Shown here one piece after another: positions 26,340 to 38,594 of a stretch of DNA of 64,000 nucleotides. Source of the DNA: Octopus sinensis. Taxonomy: Eukaryota. The first letter of the stretch is position 1. Every line of letters begins with the position of its first letter. The notes beneath the pieces were generated by a model that was not told where the DNA came from, did no database searches, and saw nothing but the letters and a program-made list of their open reading frames with translations. The stretch spans positions 13,032,464 to 13,096,463 of the forward strand of contig NC_043011.1 of the NCBI RefSeq assembly GCF_006345805.1, read 5' to 3'. A program made the translations under genes and the position numbers.

Positions 26340-26870
26340 TGGATAACAAATATGAAAAAACACGCGTAAGTGTTATTGATAGGAAATGCTGGACACCAGT
26401 TTCACCTATTGCAAATATCAGATAAGAAATTGATACGAAATATCAGAAAATTTATATTCATGGAAAACGTCAGCCACCGATGTTATTGGTAGTAAATGTC
26501 TGACGCTATTATCATTGATAAGAATGGATGAACAGCAGGGTTATTGATTGGAAATGTCAATCAATTGTGTTATTGATTGGAAATGTTACCTAGCAGTGTT
26601 GTTAGTAAGAAATGGTCGACACCAGTGTGATTAATAGGAAATGTCACAGATCATTATAATTGATTGATAGGAAGTGTTATACGACAGTGTTATTGCTGGG
26701 AAATCTGAGACACTGGCATAATTGGTAGGTGAGAGACACAAGCGTTATTGATTGGAAAATGTTACATTGCAGTGTTGATAATTGGAAATGATAGAACCCG
26801 GTGTTATTGATAACAAAAGTCAAAGACCAGTGTTATTGATAGGACGTCTGACACCAATGTTTCTTTTTCT
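26340..26870 (+). repeat. Degenerate ~29-30-bp minisatellite (TGTTATTGATAGGAAATGTCAGACACCAG-like)
   Basis: The TATTGAT(A/T)GGAAATG motif recurs every ~30 bp. Related units occur at 24540-24740 and 25845-25990. Confidence 0.7.
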
Positions 26871-27581
26871 TTCTTTTTCATATTGATAGGGAATGGAATT
26901 TAGTATGTAATAATAAAAGAATATCGATCAGCTTTACACAAATGTGAGAAATATTTCTTCTTTTCTTTTTTTTTTTTTTCTTAACATACATGTTCAATAA
27001 CATCATTGAATGATATCATTATTTGTTTCGACTACCACACCATTGTTGTTAGAAAAATGACGAGACTTTTGCTAATGATAGAATATGGCTCATTTATTCA
27101 AAAGAATCGGAGAAGCTAGTCATAAATTTCGTACTTGAAAGGTTTTGCTCTTATTATTTCAATGAAAAATATTGCAATAATTCGTAAATTTGATGGTGCT
27201 TTTACATCGACGAAGTTTTGGGGTAGATGCAATTAAGCATCACTCCGAATTATGTTCTTCATCACTTTGCGGAGGATGCCTATTTTTCATGAAATTTCAC
27301 AGAGGTATCTTTTCGATGGTATAATGTACGGCTATGTTAATAAAATTATTAATAGGCGTTCTGGAAGATTCTCCGGCTCATGATTTTGCTTTCGCATAAC
27401 TTTCTCAACTATGTATATTTTAAAATGGAATTTTTCAGACCTACGTATGTGTAGATTACAATTACAAAATTAAGAAAAATGCTTAACGGAAATTGATGGT
27501 AACAAAGTCAGCAGGCGGTGAATGATTCAAAACATATCTTAATTTTTGTTTATTGTCTTTTGTAAATTTATTTCCTCAATC

Positions 27582-27639
<58 letters not shown>

Positions 27640-27737
27640 GAAAATGTATTTAAGCGAAAGTTCATTTGAAAATATGTTGTTTAGAGAGTGTTATGAAAAA
27701 GATAATCGAGGGGATTCCAAGCTGTAACTATGACTTT

Positions 27738-27906
<169 letters not shown>

Positions 27907-27965
27907 ATTTACTACAGATTGCTTGAAGCTAACTTTCTTCCTACACCTCGATCCCTGGATCTTAC

Positions 27966-27999
<34 letters not shown>

Positions 28000-28029
28000 A
28001 ATAGTAAATAATATTTTTTTTTCTTAGGT

Positions 28030-28430
28030 GATTTATCATATGGGATTTTACCAAAAGAGATTTTCTGGGAGTACCCAGCTTTAGAGAGGGCCTGATTATA
28101 GTGATGCGCATGATTACTGAAAATACTTTCGTTTGATGATATTTAATGATTTAACCGATTTCCTAGTTTACACTCATTTTCGAACGTTGAGATAGAAAGA
28201 TGTGGGTTATGCCCCAACTGTCTTGCTTCTGACTAATGTTTGAAGCATGTCCTATTTTTATAGGGGGTACATGGCTCAAATTGGTGTATGTTTTAGATAG
28301 GACTTGATTGGTAGAGGATAGTCACATGACTGGTCTTAGAAAATTTTGTAGGTTCCCCGTTGCATTCGTGTGTTAATGTCAAGGGGCAATGTTTGGCGTC
28401 TTAAGGCTGACACGGTTTTGTGAACATGCC
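28030..28430 (-). mobile_element. Short decayed PLE fragment
   Basis: The minus strand reads ISSNESIFSNHAHHYNQALSKAGYSQKI, like the PLE RT thumb motif (LSSN..IF.....Y..AL..SGY). Confidence 0.55.
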
Positions 28431-28650
28431 TAGCGACAGTAGCAAACAATCAATGCTCTTAATATTTGCAAGTTTTTGTAGAGAATGATCACGTAATTAA
28501 GTTTAAAACCTTTCTTTACGTTTCCCGCTATGTCCGTGCGTCAGTGTTACGTAACAGTATATTTTGCACCGAAAATTAAGGCCGACACGGTAGAGTGAAT
28601 ATGTTTAGTTTTGTGTGTTGAAGTGCGTATGAATGTGTGTGTGTGTGAGT

Positions 28651-28711
<61 letters not shown>

Positions 28712-28884
28712 CCAGCATGACATTAAATAGTAAGCATTTTTCTTTTCGTTTAAAAGTATTTTTCTTAAAAACAGCAATATCGCTTATGACTGATTAAGTA
28801 AAAATTGTATCACTTTTGTGTGTGCGCTCAAGTGTAAACGCCCGTATGTGTGTTTGTGCTCCCGCACATTTGTATGAACTATTA

Positions 28885-29067
28885 TAATTCAAAATTAAAA
28901 AGTCGAACACTCTTTACACTATTTACATTTGACGGATATTTGCCCTCATCTTGTTTGTTGTTAACAAAACGTTTCGGCTGATATACCATCCAGCTTTCAT
29001 CAGGTGTCTTGGGGGAAATTTCGAACCTGGGTTCTCATTCCTAAGGTATTTTTCGATGTTGTTGTTA

Positions 29068-29150
<83 letters not shown>

Positions 29151-29237
29151 TCACTGCCTGGAATCGAACTCGGAATCTTGGGGTTAATAGCCTGGGCTAC
29201 TAACCCCCAAAATTCCGTCTTCGATTCCAGGCAGTGA

Positions 29238-29329
<92 letters not shown>

Positions 29330-29556
29330 CAACAACAACAACAACAACAGCAACAACAACAACATCGAAAATACCTTAGGAATGAGAACCCAAGTTCGAA
29401 ATTTTCCCCCAAGATACCTGATGAAAGCTGGATGGTATATCAGTCGAAACGTTTTGTTAACAACAAACAAGATGAGGACAAATATCCGTCAAATGTAAAT
29501 AATGTACATAATTCCTCATCTCTTAAATATAGAACTGTATTAAAGACGTCGAGTTT
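28885..29556. mobile_element. Head-to-head inverted pair of a tRNA-headed, (AAT)n-containing, hammerhead-bearing element
   Basis: 28921-29186 is the reverse complement of about 29200-29500. There is a B-box-like GAGTTCGATTCC head, and CTGATGA..GAAACGTT cores at 28966-29008 (-) and 29414-29459 (+). Confidence 0.8.
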
Positions 29557-29867
29557 TTTGGGGGTTTTTTCAGTTCTTTCCTTTCTTTTCTAAAAATATG
29601 GAGTGGAAATTTACGACAAAATTTCCAGTTTCATTTTGATCAAAATGCCTGCAACTCCAGCCACTGAAATTACAATTCTTTCACTTTTCTTTCCCTACAT
29701 TTAACCTCTCCAACTCTTTCTCTCCTTCTCCCTCTCTCCATCTGTTGTTTCAGTTTCCTTCTATCAAACTTAATAACTTAATATGATAAAACATATTTGT
29801 GTTTTATTACGTCTAAAAATAGTTATTTTCTGTCTTCTTTATTTCAATAAAAAGAGAATGTATAATA

Positions 29868-30300
29868 CTAGCACTATGACCAGGCATTTCCGGGTCATAG
29901 TGCTAGTATTATATATGATCAAATTTTATCATATACTAGCACTATGACCTGGCAACGCCGGGTCATAGTGCTAGTGCTTGCATATACAGCTGCGTGCGTG
30001 CACACATATACGCAAGTACTGTCCAAATCTCCGACCAATCACATACAGCTAGCTAGCATTCAATTGGCGTATCAAGTTTCGGGCATTTTAATTGGGTTTT
30101 GGATAGAAAATTCACAAAGAAGTCACTTCTATCGAATTTTTTAATGGCTTTGCGGGGTGACTGGGGAAATGTAAAGATGTGCACGACCACCCTTGGACGG
30201 TTTTGAATGACCATTGAAAGTGCGAGCCCTCTAACTGAAAAATTGTGGATTTGTATAAAGGACACACACACAGACATTTTGCCGTTTATATATAGAGAGA
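29868..30300 (-). mobile_element. Non-autonomous Helitron with a doubled 3' hairpin
   Basis: Same family as 22468-22832. Two CTAG hairpin termini (29868 and 29936) are separated by the palindrome ATGATCAAATTTTATCAT. Confidence 0.78.
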
Positions 30301-30377
30301 TGACCAACTGATTTTATAAGAACTTTTGCTCGACACCTGTAAATGCTAGATTTGTTTCTTTCGCGAACACGATAACT

Positions 30378-30796
30378 GGATCTTTTCGGCTTGAACGGCA
30401 GTTTTTAACATAATTTCTAGGTAACTAAAAAATTTTAAACTACGTATACTGGTAGAATGTGTTTATAAAACATCTTTTTCTCCTGGCTTTATTGAGAAAA
30501 GTCTATAGTTTGTAAGATATTTGTTGTTGTTTTTCTTCAATTTCTGCAATTTCAACCAATCACTGACGTCTATTGAGGTATAAAAAACATTCTGAGCCGT
30601 ATCAATATGTCCCTCGTTTAAGAAACAGATTGGGTTTATTTACATTTGTGAAGAAAAAAAGATACCCTTCCCCCCACCACTAACCCTAACCCTAAAACAG
30701 ATTGAAATGCAATAGATCGATACTAGGGTCATAATTATGGGTGACAATTTCATATGACACTGCTAGAAAAAACTGCCGTTCAAACCGAAAAGATCC
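30378..30796 (-). mobile_element. Telomeric-repeat MITE, copy 5
   Basis: Same TIR. 8-bp TSD CGATAACT/CGATAATT. Confidence 0.9.
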
Positions 30797-32280
30797 CGAT
30801 AATTTGACCCAAAGGGAGGTAACAGTGATAGAAATGAAACCATAAGCTTTTAGAACTGGAACCACGTTGCAGGCGTCGTAACATCAACAACTTACCACTA
30901 ATCTATTACTAAGACTTTTCGGATATAGCAACTTAACGACACTTAAATTGGGTTCTAACTGTTTGGTTTGTTTTAAATAGGCAGCTGCTGATTTTATTTC
31001 TCATGCTTTGTGTGTTGTTTTGGTGTTGGTTTATTTCTCATGTTTTGGGATGGTGGTAATCGTGGTGGGATTTGGCGACAGCAGCGACGTGAACGATAAT
31101 ATTGACATAATTATAATCCCAAATGATGCTATTTTATAAAGTACTCTTGTGATAAAGCCAGCTCAAGTAGAGAGAAATGAGAGCAAACAACTTAAATAAT
31201 GTTGTGTAATGAGAAGAACGTTGACGAATATGGCGATAATATCAACAGTAGTTTCTTCGTTTCTCCTCAGAGAATAACGACTGAAACTATTGTTTATTGT
31301 ACCAGTTATGTCCTCTATATATTACGTCTATTATGTCAACGACAGTCTTTAGATAAACAAATTAAATTGATTAATGTTATGTTATGGTTTCATCCCAAAT
31401 GAAATAGAGAATAGATTAATCTAGTACTTCTTTTGCAGCTTTTTGGTGAACGTGTCAGAACTCTATTTTACAGTAAGAATATAATTTATTTAGTTTTGCG
31501 CTATTTTAATATTTCAAATGTAAATTACCAAGCGCCGGAAAACTCCAGCGAATTTCATTCTTCAGTAAAGCCAAATAGGCTGAGTTTGACAGCATAATTT
31601 TATGACTTAGAGTTCAACCACCTCATCGATTTGTAATGGCGCATTTTTTTCGCCGTCGATGTCCTGATTGTTGTTGTTGTTGCTGTTTCGGGTACTTAAA
31701 CAAATTAAATGTACTGACACCGAAAACAACAGATGTTATGTGTCGTTCTCGTTTACAACACTTCACATACATGACACCACAATAAATACTGCATCGTCAA
31801 TAATTCATTGGTGGCTTAGCGGTATTTCGATTTATCAAACAAATTTCACACTCTCTAAAAATTATCATTGCATAAAAATCTCCTTGTTCAACTGTACTGT
31901 GATAACGGTTGGGAAATATGTCAGTGTAACGTGAAATACTGCAAAAGGTATTATCCCTGAATTAAGCATGTTCCATTGCCACCTACGCTCCATTTGACAA
32001 AATGGAATCTTAAGCTGAAGCAATTTTCATTGGTAGTGATATAAAAGAAGGGAGAAAGGGGGTTTTCAGGATCGTTTAGTGATAAAAAATTTTATTTCAG
32101 TAATGTCATAATGTAAAACTGTATTTTTTACAACAAGAAGAGAAATAAAATAGATAGAAAAACGTTCGTAAAATAACTGGGGGGAAACATGCCTAGCAGC
32201 TGGATCAGTAAATCAGGAAAAAGCAGCAGAAAGATTTCTAGAGAACTGTTCGATACGCATAAATGCTCACAAGAACTTAT

Positions 32281-32483
32281 CTCTTTTACTTGTTTCAGTC
32301 ATTTGACTGTGGCCATGCTGGAGCACCACCTTTTGTCGAGCAAATCGACCCCAGGATTTGCTCTTTGTAAGCCTAGTACTTATTCTATCGGTCTCTTTTG
32401 CCGAACCGCTAAGTTACGGGGACGCATCGGTTGTCAAGCGATGTTGGTGGGGGGGGGGGACAAACACAGACACACAAACATAT

Positions 32484-32538
<55 letters not shown>

Positions 32539-32704
32539 TACGACAGGCTTCTTTTCAGTTTCCGTCTACCAAATCCACTTACAAGGCTTTGGTCGGCCCG
32601 AGGCTATAGTAGAAAACACTTGCCCAAGGTGCCACGCAGTGGGACTGAACTCGGAACCATGTGGTTGGTAAGCAAGCTACTTACCACACAGCCACTCCTA
32701 CGCC
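32281..32704 (-). mobile_element. SINE family A
   Basis: High similarity to the other copies. Confidence 0.88.
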
Positions 32705-33850
32705 TATGTTTAACTTACATCTTTAAATACTTGCAAAAAAGAAAAAAAGATTGTATTGCATCTTTGAATTTGTAAATTTTTAGAAGATTGTATCCTAACG
32801 GGTGTTCAAACACGTCTCTGTGTTCTCTTCGTTTTAATATGTATTTATTTATTTTCTTTACTTGTTCAGAGAATAAATTAGGGGTTTTGTAAAATACCAA
32901 AAGCCAATAACTGTAACATTTTAGTTTTACTGACTTTATTATAGTTCCATCTTCTTCGTAAGTAAAATGAAAAGACTGCATTTCGTTCGGTGATATTTCT
33001 TTTATAGGTCACCATGAATTTGGGGAATTAAGAAATACGTTCTTTTCTATGAAACTAGTAAAATAAAGGCTACTTCGAATGATATTCACAAATAAATCTC
33101 CTGAGTTCTGAAAATCTCAATATTCTGGAAGAAAATCTTCAGAGCAAATTTAATATGACAGTCAAAGTCTCTCAGAAACTGTTCTAAAATCTTTGCACGA
33201 GCGTTTATTTGCGCCGCTGGCCAATTCGGAAAAACAAAATGAGGATGAATTTTATTAGACGAATAAGGAGCTTCCATGTATAAATAAAATACAATTTCCT
33301 GTTCTAATTTATTTTATTAGCATTGCAAGATCTGTTCCATAAAAGACTCAAACGATGCAAGAAAGACAATATATTAGCGATTTAATTAAAATATTTTAAT
33401 GATTCCACATGTTCAATTCATCAACTGAAATAATGCATTTCATTGATTTCTAATAAATTAATTGCAATAGCAATCAATACCAAAGGTGTGTAATGGACTA
33501 ACTACGATACCAGTAATTGTTAAAGGTATGTAATAGACTAACGATAATAGTACTAATTAGTAATGATTTGTAATAAACTAACTACATTTGAAGTAATTAC
33601 TAACTACAATAGCTGTAGCAACTAACAGCAATAGCACTAATTAACAAAAGTATGCAATACACCAACTATAAAGAAGCCATTTCTCATACAATACCAGTAA
33701 TGACCAAAAGTTTACTTATAAGAAGCATACACAGATTCTTCTGTTGTGCGCGCGCATGTGTGTATGCATGCATGTATGTTGTAACAATGTGGAAATGATT
33801 TTTCTCCTATTGATAATATTACTGTTTATAGAAAGGAATATGGGATTGGC

Positions 33851-33901
<51 letters not shown>

Positions 33902-33989
33902 CAGTCGCCATGATAGATCGTTAGCCACTACACACATTTTTTCTCTCCTTTTTTCTCTCCTTGTTTCTCTCCTTGTTTTTTCTGTGTCC

Positions 33990-34027
33990 CTTTCTGTAGA
34001 AGAGCGTAGGCTCGAAACGTAAAAGAC
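33990..34027 (+). ncRNA. Minimal hammerhead-like motif (variant core) in a short element between (TA)n tracts
   Basis: CTTT-CTGTAGA-A-GAGC(GTAG)GCTC-GAAAC-GTA-AAAG. Core A6 appears mutated. Confidence 0.55.
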
Positions 34028-34461
34028 TTTTTCTATTCCTGAGCGTTATACTAATACATCTGTTGTTTTGTACACCACCTGTCTTCGTCTTTTGTTTTTT
34101 TCGTAAAATCTCCCTATATATATATATATATATATATATTTGAGTAGTTGAATGAATTATATTATTATGGATAATTCGGTTAACCGATACCTGGGTAGCA
34201 AATTCACGTCAGAAAAACACGATTGAAGCTACATGCCAAGGCAGAGATCACGTGCTTTCGTGTGGAAATGTGTGTGTTTTTTTAAATACAAATAAATGAA
34301 AGAATGGAGTTGAACGACGAATTAACAAAATTCCTTTATTCTCGACATATGTTTCGAAGGCTGCATATTCCTAATTTAGATGACTGCCCACACGGAGCCC
34401 ATAATGGGCTTCGTGTGGGCAGTCATCTAAAAGATTTTGTGCATCTTCATGCTGACATAAG

Positions 34462-34560
34462 TTCCTTGTTTTTCCTGATGAGAAGGCGGCATAATGCACC
34501 CCTTATTCCTTCGAAATTAGGAATATGCAGCCTTCGAAACATATGTCGAGAATAAAGGAA
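34462..34560 (+). ncRNA. Type I hammerhead ribozyme, intact core
   Basis: TTTTC-CTGATGA(34475-81)-GAAGGC...GCCTTC-GAAAC-ATAT-GTC|GAGAA. Stem III is the palindrome ACATATGT and stem I is extended by TTCCTT/AAGGAA. Predicted cleavage follows 34547. Confidence 0.85.
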
Positions 34561-34616
34561 TTTTGTTAATTCGTCGTTCAACTCCATTCTTTCATTTATT
34601 TATATATATATATACG

Positions 34617-34675
<59 letters not shown>

Positions 34676-34780
34676 ATATACCGGAGTAAACACACAAATG
34701 TGAAACAAAGTGGAAAAGAAGAGTACTCAAATACCAGTGGTAGAGTAATATACTTTATTTAAAGCAGCAGAAAATTCAAC

Positions 34781-34828
34781 AAAACCCGTTACTCTGAGTT
34801 TCACGTTCCCGTTCGTCGGACAGTTTTT
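34781..34828 (-). ncRNA. Type I hammerhead-like motif (CCGACGA variant)
   Basis: Minus strand: AAAACTGT-CCGACGA-ACG(GGAA)CGT-GAAAC-TCAGA-GTA-ACGGGTTTT. Confidence 0.6.
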
Positions 34829-34835
34829 GAAAAAA

Positions 34836-35070
34836 GGCGGTGAGCTGGCAGAAACGTTAGCACGCCGGGCGAAATGTTAAGCGGTATTTCGTCTGCTGTT
34901 ACGTTCTGAGTTCAAATTCCACCGAGGTCGACTTTGCCTTTCATCCTTTCCGGGTCGATAAATTAAGAACCAGTTACGCACTAGGGTCAATGTAATCGAC
35001 TTAATCCGTTTGTCTGTCCTTGTTTGTCCCTTCTGTGTTTAGCCCCTTGTGGGTAGTAAAGAAATAGGTA
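34836..35070 (+). mobile_element. SINE family B
   Basis: Full-length match to the copy at 50794-51024. Confidence 0.85.
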
Positions 35071-35932
35071 CGTACACGTGGTACGGTTAGCGTGCGCTAC
35101 TACTACAAGCCTTAACCTGCATAAACTATACAACTCATACATACATACATACATACATACATACATACATACATACATACATACATACAACATACATACA
35201 TACAAGGTATAATTTTAACGTGAATGCCTCAGTCACAGTAACTAATAGTCACGTTCTTGTTCGAAACTTTTTATTTCTTTGGAATCGTGCATGAATTTCC
35301 AAGAAAATTAATGGTTTTGACTTGGAATATGCAAGGAAAATCATGAGCGAGAAAGACTCAAGCGAATGCGACATCCGGGTTTATGCAAAGTACTTCCACT
35401 GGGTTGCAGAGATACCATGCTACAAAATGAACATTTGTGTCGTGCTGATCTTCTTTCTCCAGCAGATCTGGTTTTTAATCACGCCAAATTTTACGAAAAG
35501 CCAAACAAGGTAATTCAGGATGAATTAATTTTGAACTTAGTGGAAATTGACTGCCCAAACCGACGTTGTAAAAAACGGGAAAGACACAGAAGTGTGGAAG
35601 TAGGAGTCAAGACAACGTATGCTGGGAATTACAGTTTCCATCCAATCTTGAAGAGAGGAAGAAAGTGGTCAGAATTCAAGGCAGTCCCTCTGGACATGGT
35701 GTCAACGGTGGAGAGTTAACAAAAAAATAGACGTGGAAAAGTTGCTGTCTGAGATTGACATTCGTGAAGAGGCATTTTACATCCGTACTCTCAGAGGTAC
35801 ACGAGATACATGAGGGGAGATAAATATATATAGTTAATCCAAACATGAAAACACAAAGAGAAAACACAACAACGCGAGGACGTGGAACAAGTATAGTGTT
35901 ATTGGACGCTGAGGAAAGAAGGTAAGAAGGAG

Positions 35933-35969
35933 TGTTTAACGTTTCGAGCGGAGCTCTTCGTCAGAAACA
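35933..35969 (-). ncRNA. Minimal hammerhead motif
   Basis: Minus strand: TGTTT-CTGACGA-A-GAGC(TCC)GCTC-GAAAC-GTT-AAACA. Stem I is TGTTT/AAACA. A related degenerate copy lies at 38652-38688 (+). Confidence 0.7.
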
Positions 35970-36045
35970 TAGGAAAAGGAAAGATCCAAAGAAGGGAAGA
36001 CGAAGGAAAAAAATCGCCAACGGTACACACGCGGTCACATTTTGA

Positions 36046-36092
<47 letters not shown>

Positions 36093-36166
36093 TTGAATAT
36101 ATACATTTTGAATATATATATATATAAATAAATGAAAGAATGGAGTTGAACGACGATTTAACAAAA

Positions 36167-36265
36167 TTCCTTTATTCTCGACATATGTTTCGAAGGCTGC
36201 ATATTCCTAATTTCGAAGGAATAAGGGGTGCATTATGCCGCCTTCTCATCAGGAAAAACAAGGAA
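36167..36265 (-). ncRNA. Type I hammerhead ribozyme, intact core (same family as 34462-34560)
   Basis: Reverse complement of the 34462-34560 motif, inside a ~295-bp element (36125-36420) flanked by (TA)n. Confidence 0.85.
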
Positions 36266-36420
36266 CTTATGTCAGCATCAAGATGAACAAAAACTCTTAG
36301 ATGACTGCCCACACGGAGCCCTTAGCATGTAGCTTCAACCGTGTTTTTCTGACGTGAATTTTCTACCCAGGTATCGGTTAACCGAATTATCCATACTAAG
36401 ATAATTCATTCAGCTACTTA

Positions 36421-36473
<53 letters not shown>

Positions 36474-36475
<2 letters not shown>

Positions 36476-36795
36476 TGGCACCTTGGGCAAGTGTCTTCTA
36501 CTATAGCCTCGGGCCAACCAAAGCCTTGTGAGTGGATTTGGTAGACGGAAACTGAAAAAAGCCCGTCGTATATATGTATATATATATATGTATATGCGTG
36601 TCTGTGTTTGTCCCCCCAGCATTGCTTGACAACCGATGCTGGTGTGTTTATGTCCCCGTTACTTAGTGGTTCGGCAAAAGAGACCGATAGAATAAGTACT
36701 GGGCTTACAAAAGAATAAGTCCCGGGGTCGAGTTGCTCGATTAAAAGGCGGTGCTCCAGCATGGCCGCAGTCAAATGACTGAAACAAGGTAAAAA
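36474..36795 (+). mobile_element. SINE family A, 5'-truncated
   Basis: Body and tail match the other copies. Confidence 0.85.
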
Positions 36796-36827
36796 AAAAT
36801 ATATATATATATACATATACATATATA

Positions 36828-38495
36828 TCTCTTATTATAAAAGGCAGATTTTATCTGCCTCCCTTTGTAACTTTAGAAATCTACAATATAGGATTTCTTC
36901 AATTACAATTTACCTAGCATTTTTAAGAGTAGAATGCATCGGGTCATGCCAGGTCCAGTATTTAAAATTTAAACTCCAATAAGCAAAATTTACAGAAAAC
37001 TCACATTCTGGTGTGTATGTCAAATGCTTTTCTTAATGTGGTTTACACCACACGCACACGCACACACACAGTGTGCAACGAATAAAATGAAAGTAAATAG
37101 CGACAGAGTGATTTGAGGAAGACTAAACTGAAAGTATTTAAACCACTACTCAAAAAAAAAAAAACACAGCAAACAGAAACAAATAAATACATAACGATTT
37201 ACTCCTCACACAATTTCTTCAATTAGAGTTTACCTAAGACTTTTCAAAGTACTCCATTCGGTCATGCCATAATATATTTCTTTCAATTTCACCCCCAATT
37301 AAGACAAAATTCGAGAAAACTCAATATTTTAACATTTCACTCCGAAAGCATGATGTACATGTGTGCGTGCGTGAGTGGTGTGTGGTGTGTGTGTGTGTTT
37401 GATGGGTTGTGCGACACAGAAAGTGTGGTGTGTAAGTGAAGTGCTTTTGTTAGTGTGTGTAAAGAGACAGACAGAGTGAAAGACAGAAATAACTGAACTT
37501 TTTTTATTCACTTTTTGTAGTGAGTGACTGAGAGAGAAAAGAGAGAGAGAGGTTATGTATGTATATATGTATGTATGGCTTCAGTGACACACACACACAT
37601 ACAAAAACACATACCTAAGGCACGCACACCTAAAGCACGCACACACACACACACACAAGCGGAGCGCGAACTTCAAAATTTTGGTAGTATTAATTTGCCA
37701 GCGTACTTCTAAGCGCGCGTAATTGAAAGTTTTCACTATGATATCATCACGTGCGAAAAAATTCGAAGGGTTTTGAACAATTGAGATACACATGTCACGC
37801 CTGTATTGAAACCATTGCTAAGCTGCCGTAATTGCTTAATTAAGACTTTGTTTAAATTGAAAGGAGCAAATATGTGACGAGGTTGAAAAAAAATACCCCA
37901 GAAAAAAAATGTACTGCTGGTATTTATATAATTCACTACTATTTTGCTACAATGTCATGAAAAAGAAAAAATTTAGGTATGTAAATCGAATTCGCCACCC
38001 CCTTTTCCCCGTTCGCGTTTGTGTAAAAAAAAATATTATTTAAGTTTTAAAAATTATTTACTTTGTTCAAAAAATATTAATATTAATTAATTTTCAAGAA
38101 TTATTTAATTTTATTCTGTAAAATAGTAATTAATTCATTTATCTGTAAATCCGCGAGGTTGTTACTCAGGCACCTAGAATGGTAACCTTCAACTAACACT
38201 ATCTCCTCCGAGACCCTGCGGCGCAAGTTGACCAAAATTGAGAGTATGGTAGAAGGGTTGCTCTTCCTTCCGTAGAACATAAAATTCAAATCGGACCATG
38301 TTAACACCAAAAATTATTTACATCAAAAAGATGCTTTTTTCTATGAAAATCCCTATTTTTTACGATTTTTTCACTGCTGTGTCGCCACTTTTCGGTGTAT
38401 TTCGACCAGAAAAATGTTCACAAAATTTTTACTTTTCAAAATTACAATTCCAGCGGGTCGAAACAAACCCGAGCAACGCCGGGCGATACTGCTAG
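36828..38495 (+). mobile_element. Non-autonomous Helitron (~1.67 kb)
   Basis: Starts A|TCTCTTATTATAAAAGGCAG and ends CCCGAGCAACGCCGGGCGATACTGCTAG|T. The same 5' end occurs at 58659. Confidence 0.8.
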
Positions 38496-38552
38496 TATAT
38501 ATATAAATGAACGTTTATATATGAACATTATTATTTTATTATATATATATAT

Positions 38553-38594
<42 letters not shown>

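Noticed and set aside
26340-26870. Regularly spaced ~30-bp motif resembling a CRISPR array
   Set aside because: The units are contiguous and degenerate with no unique spacers, the context is eukaryotic, and there are no cas genes.
35321-35719. 117-aa ORF with non-repetitive sequence
   Set aside because: It has an in-frame stop just upstream, no convincing splice acceptor and no recognisable domain.
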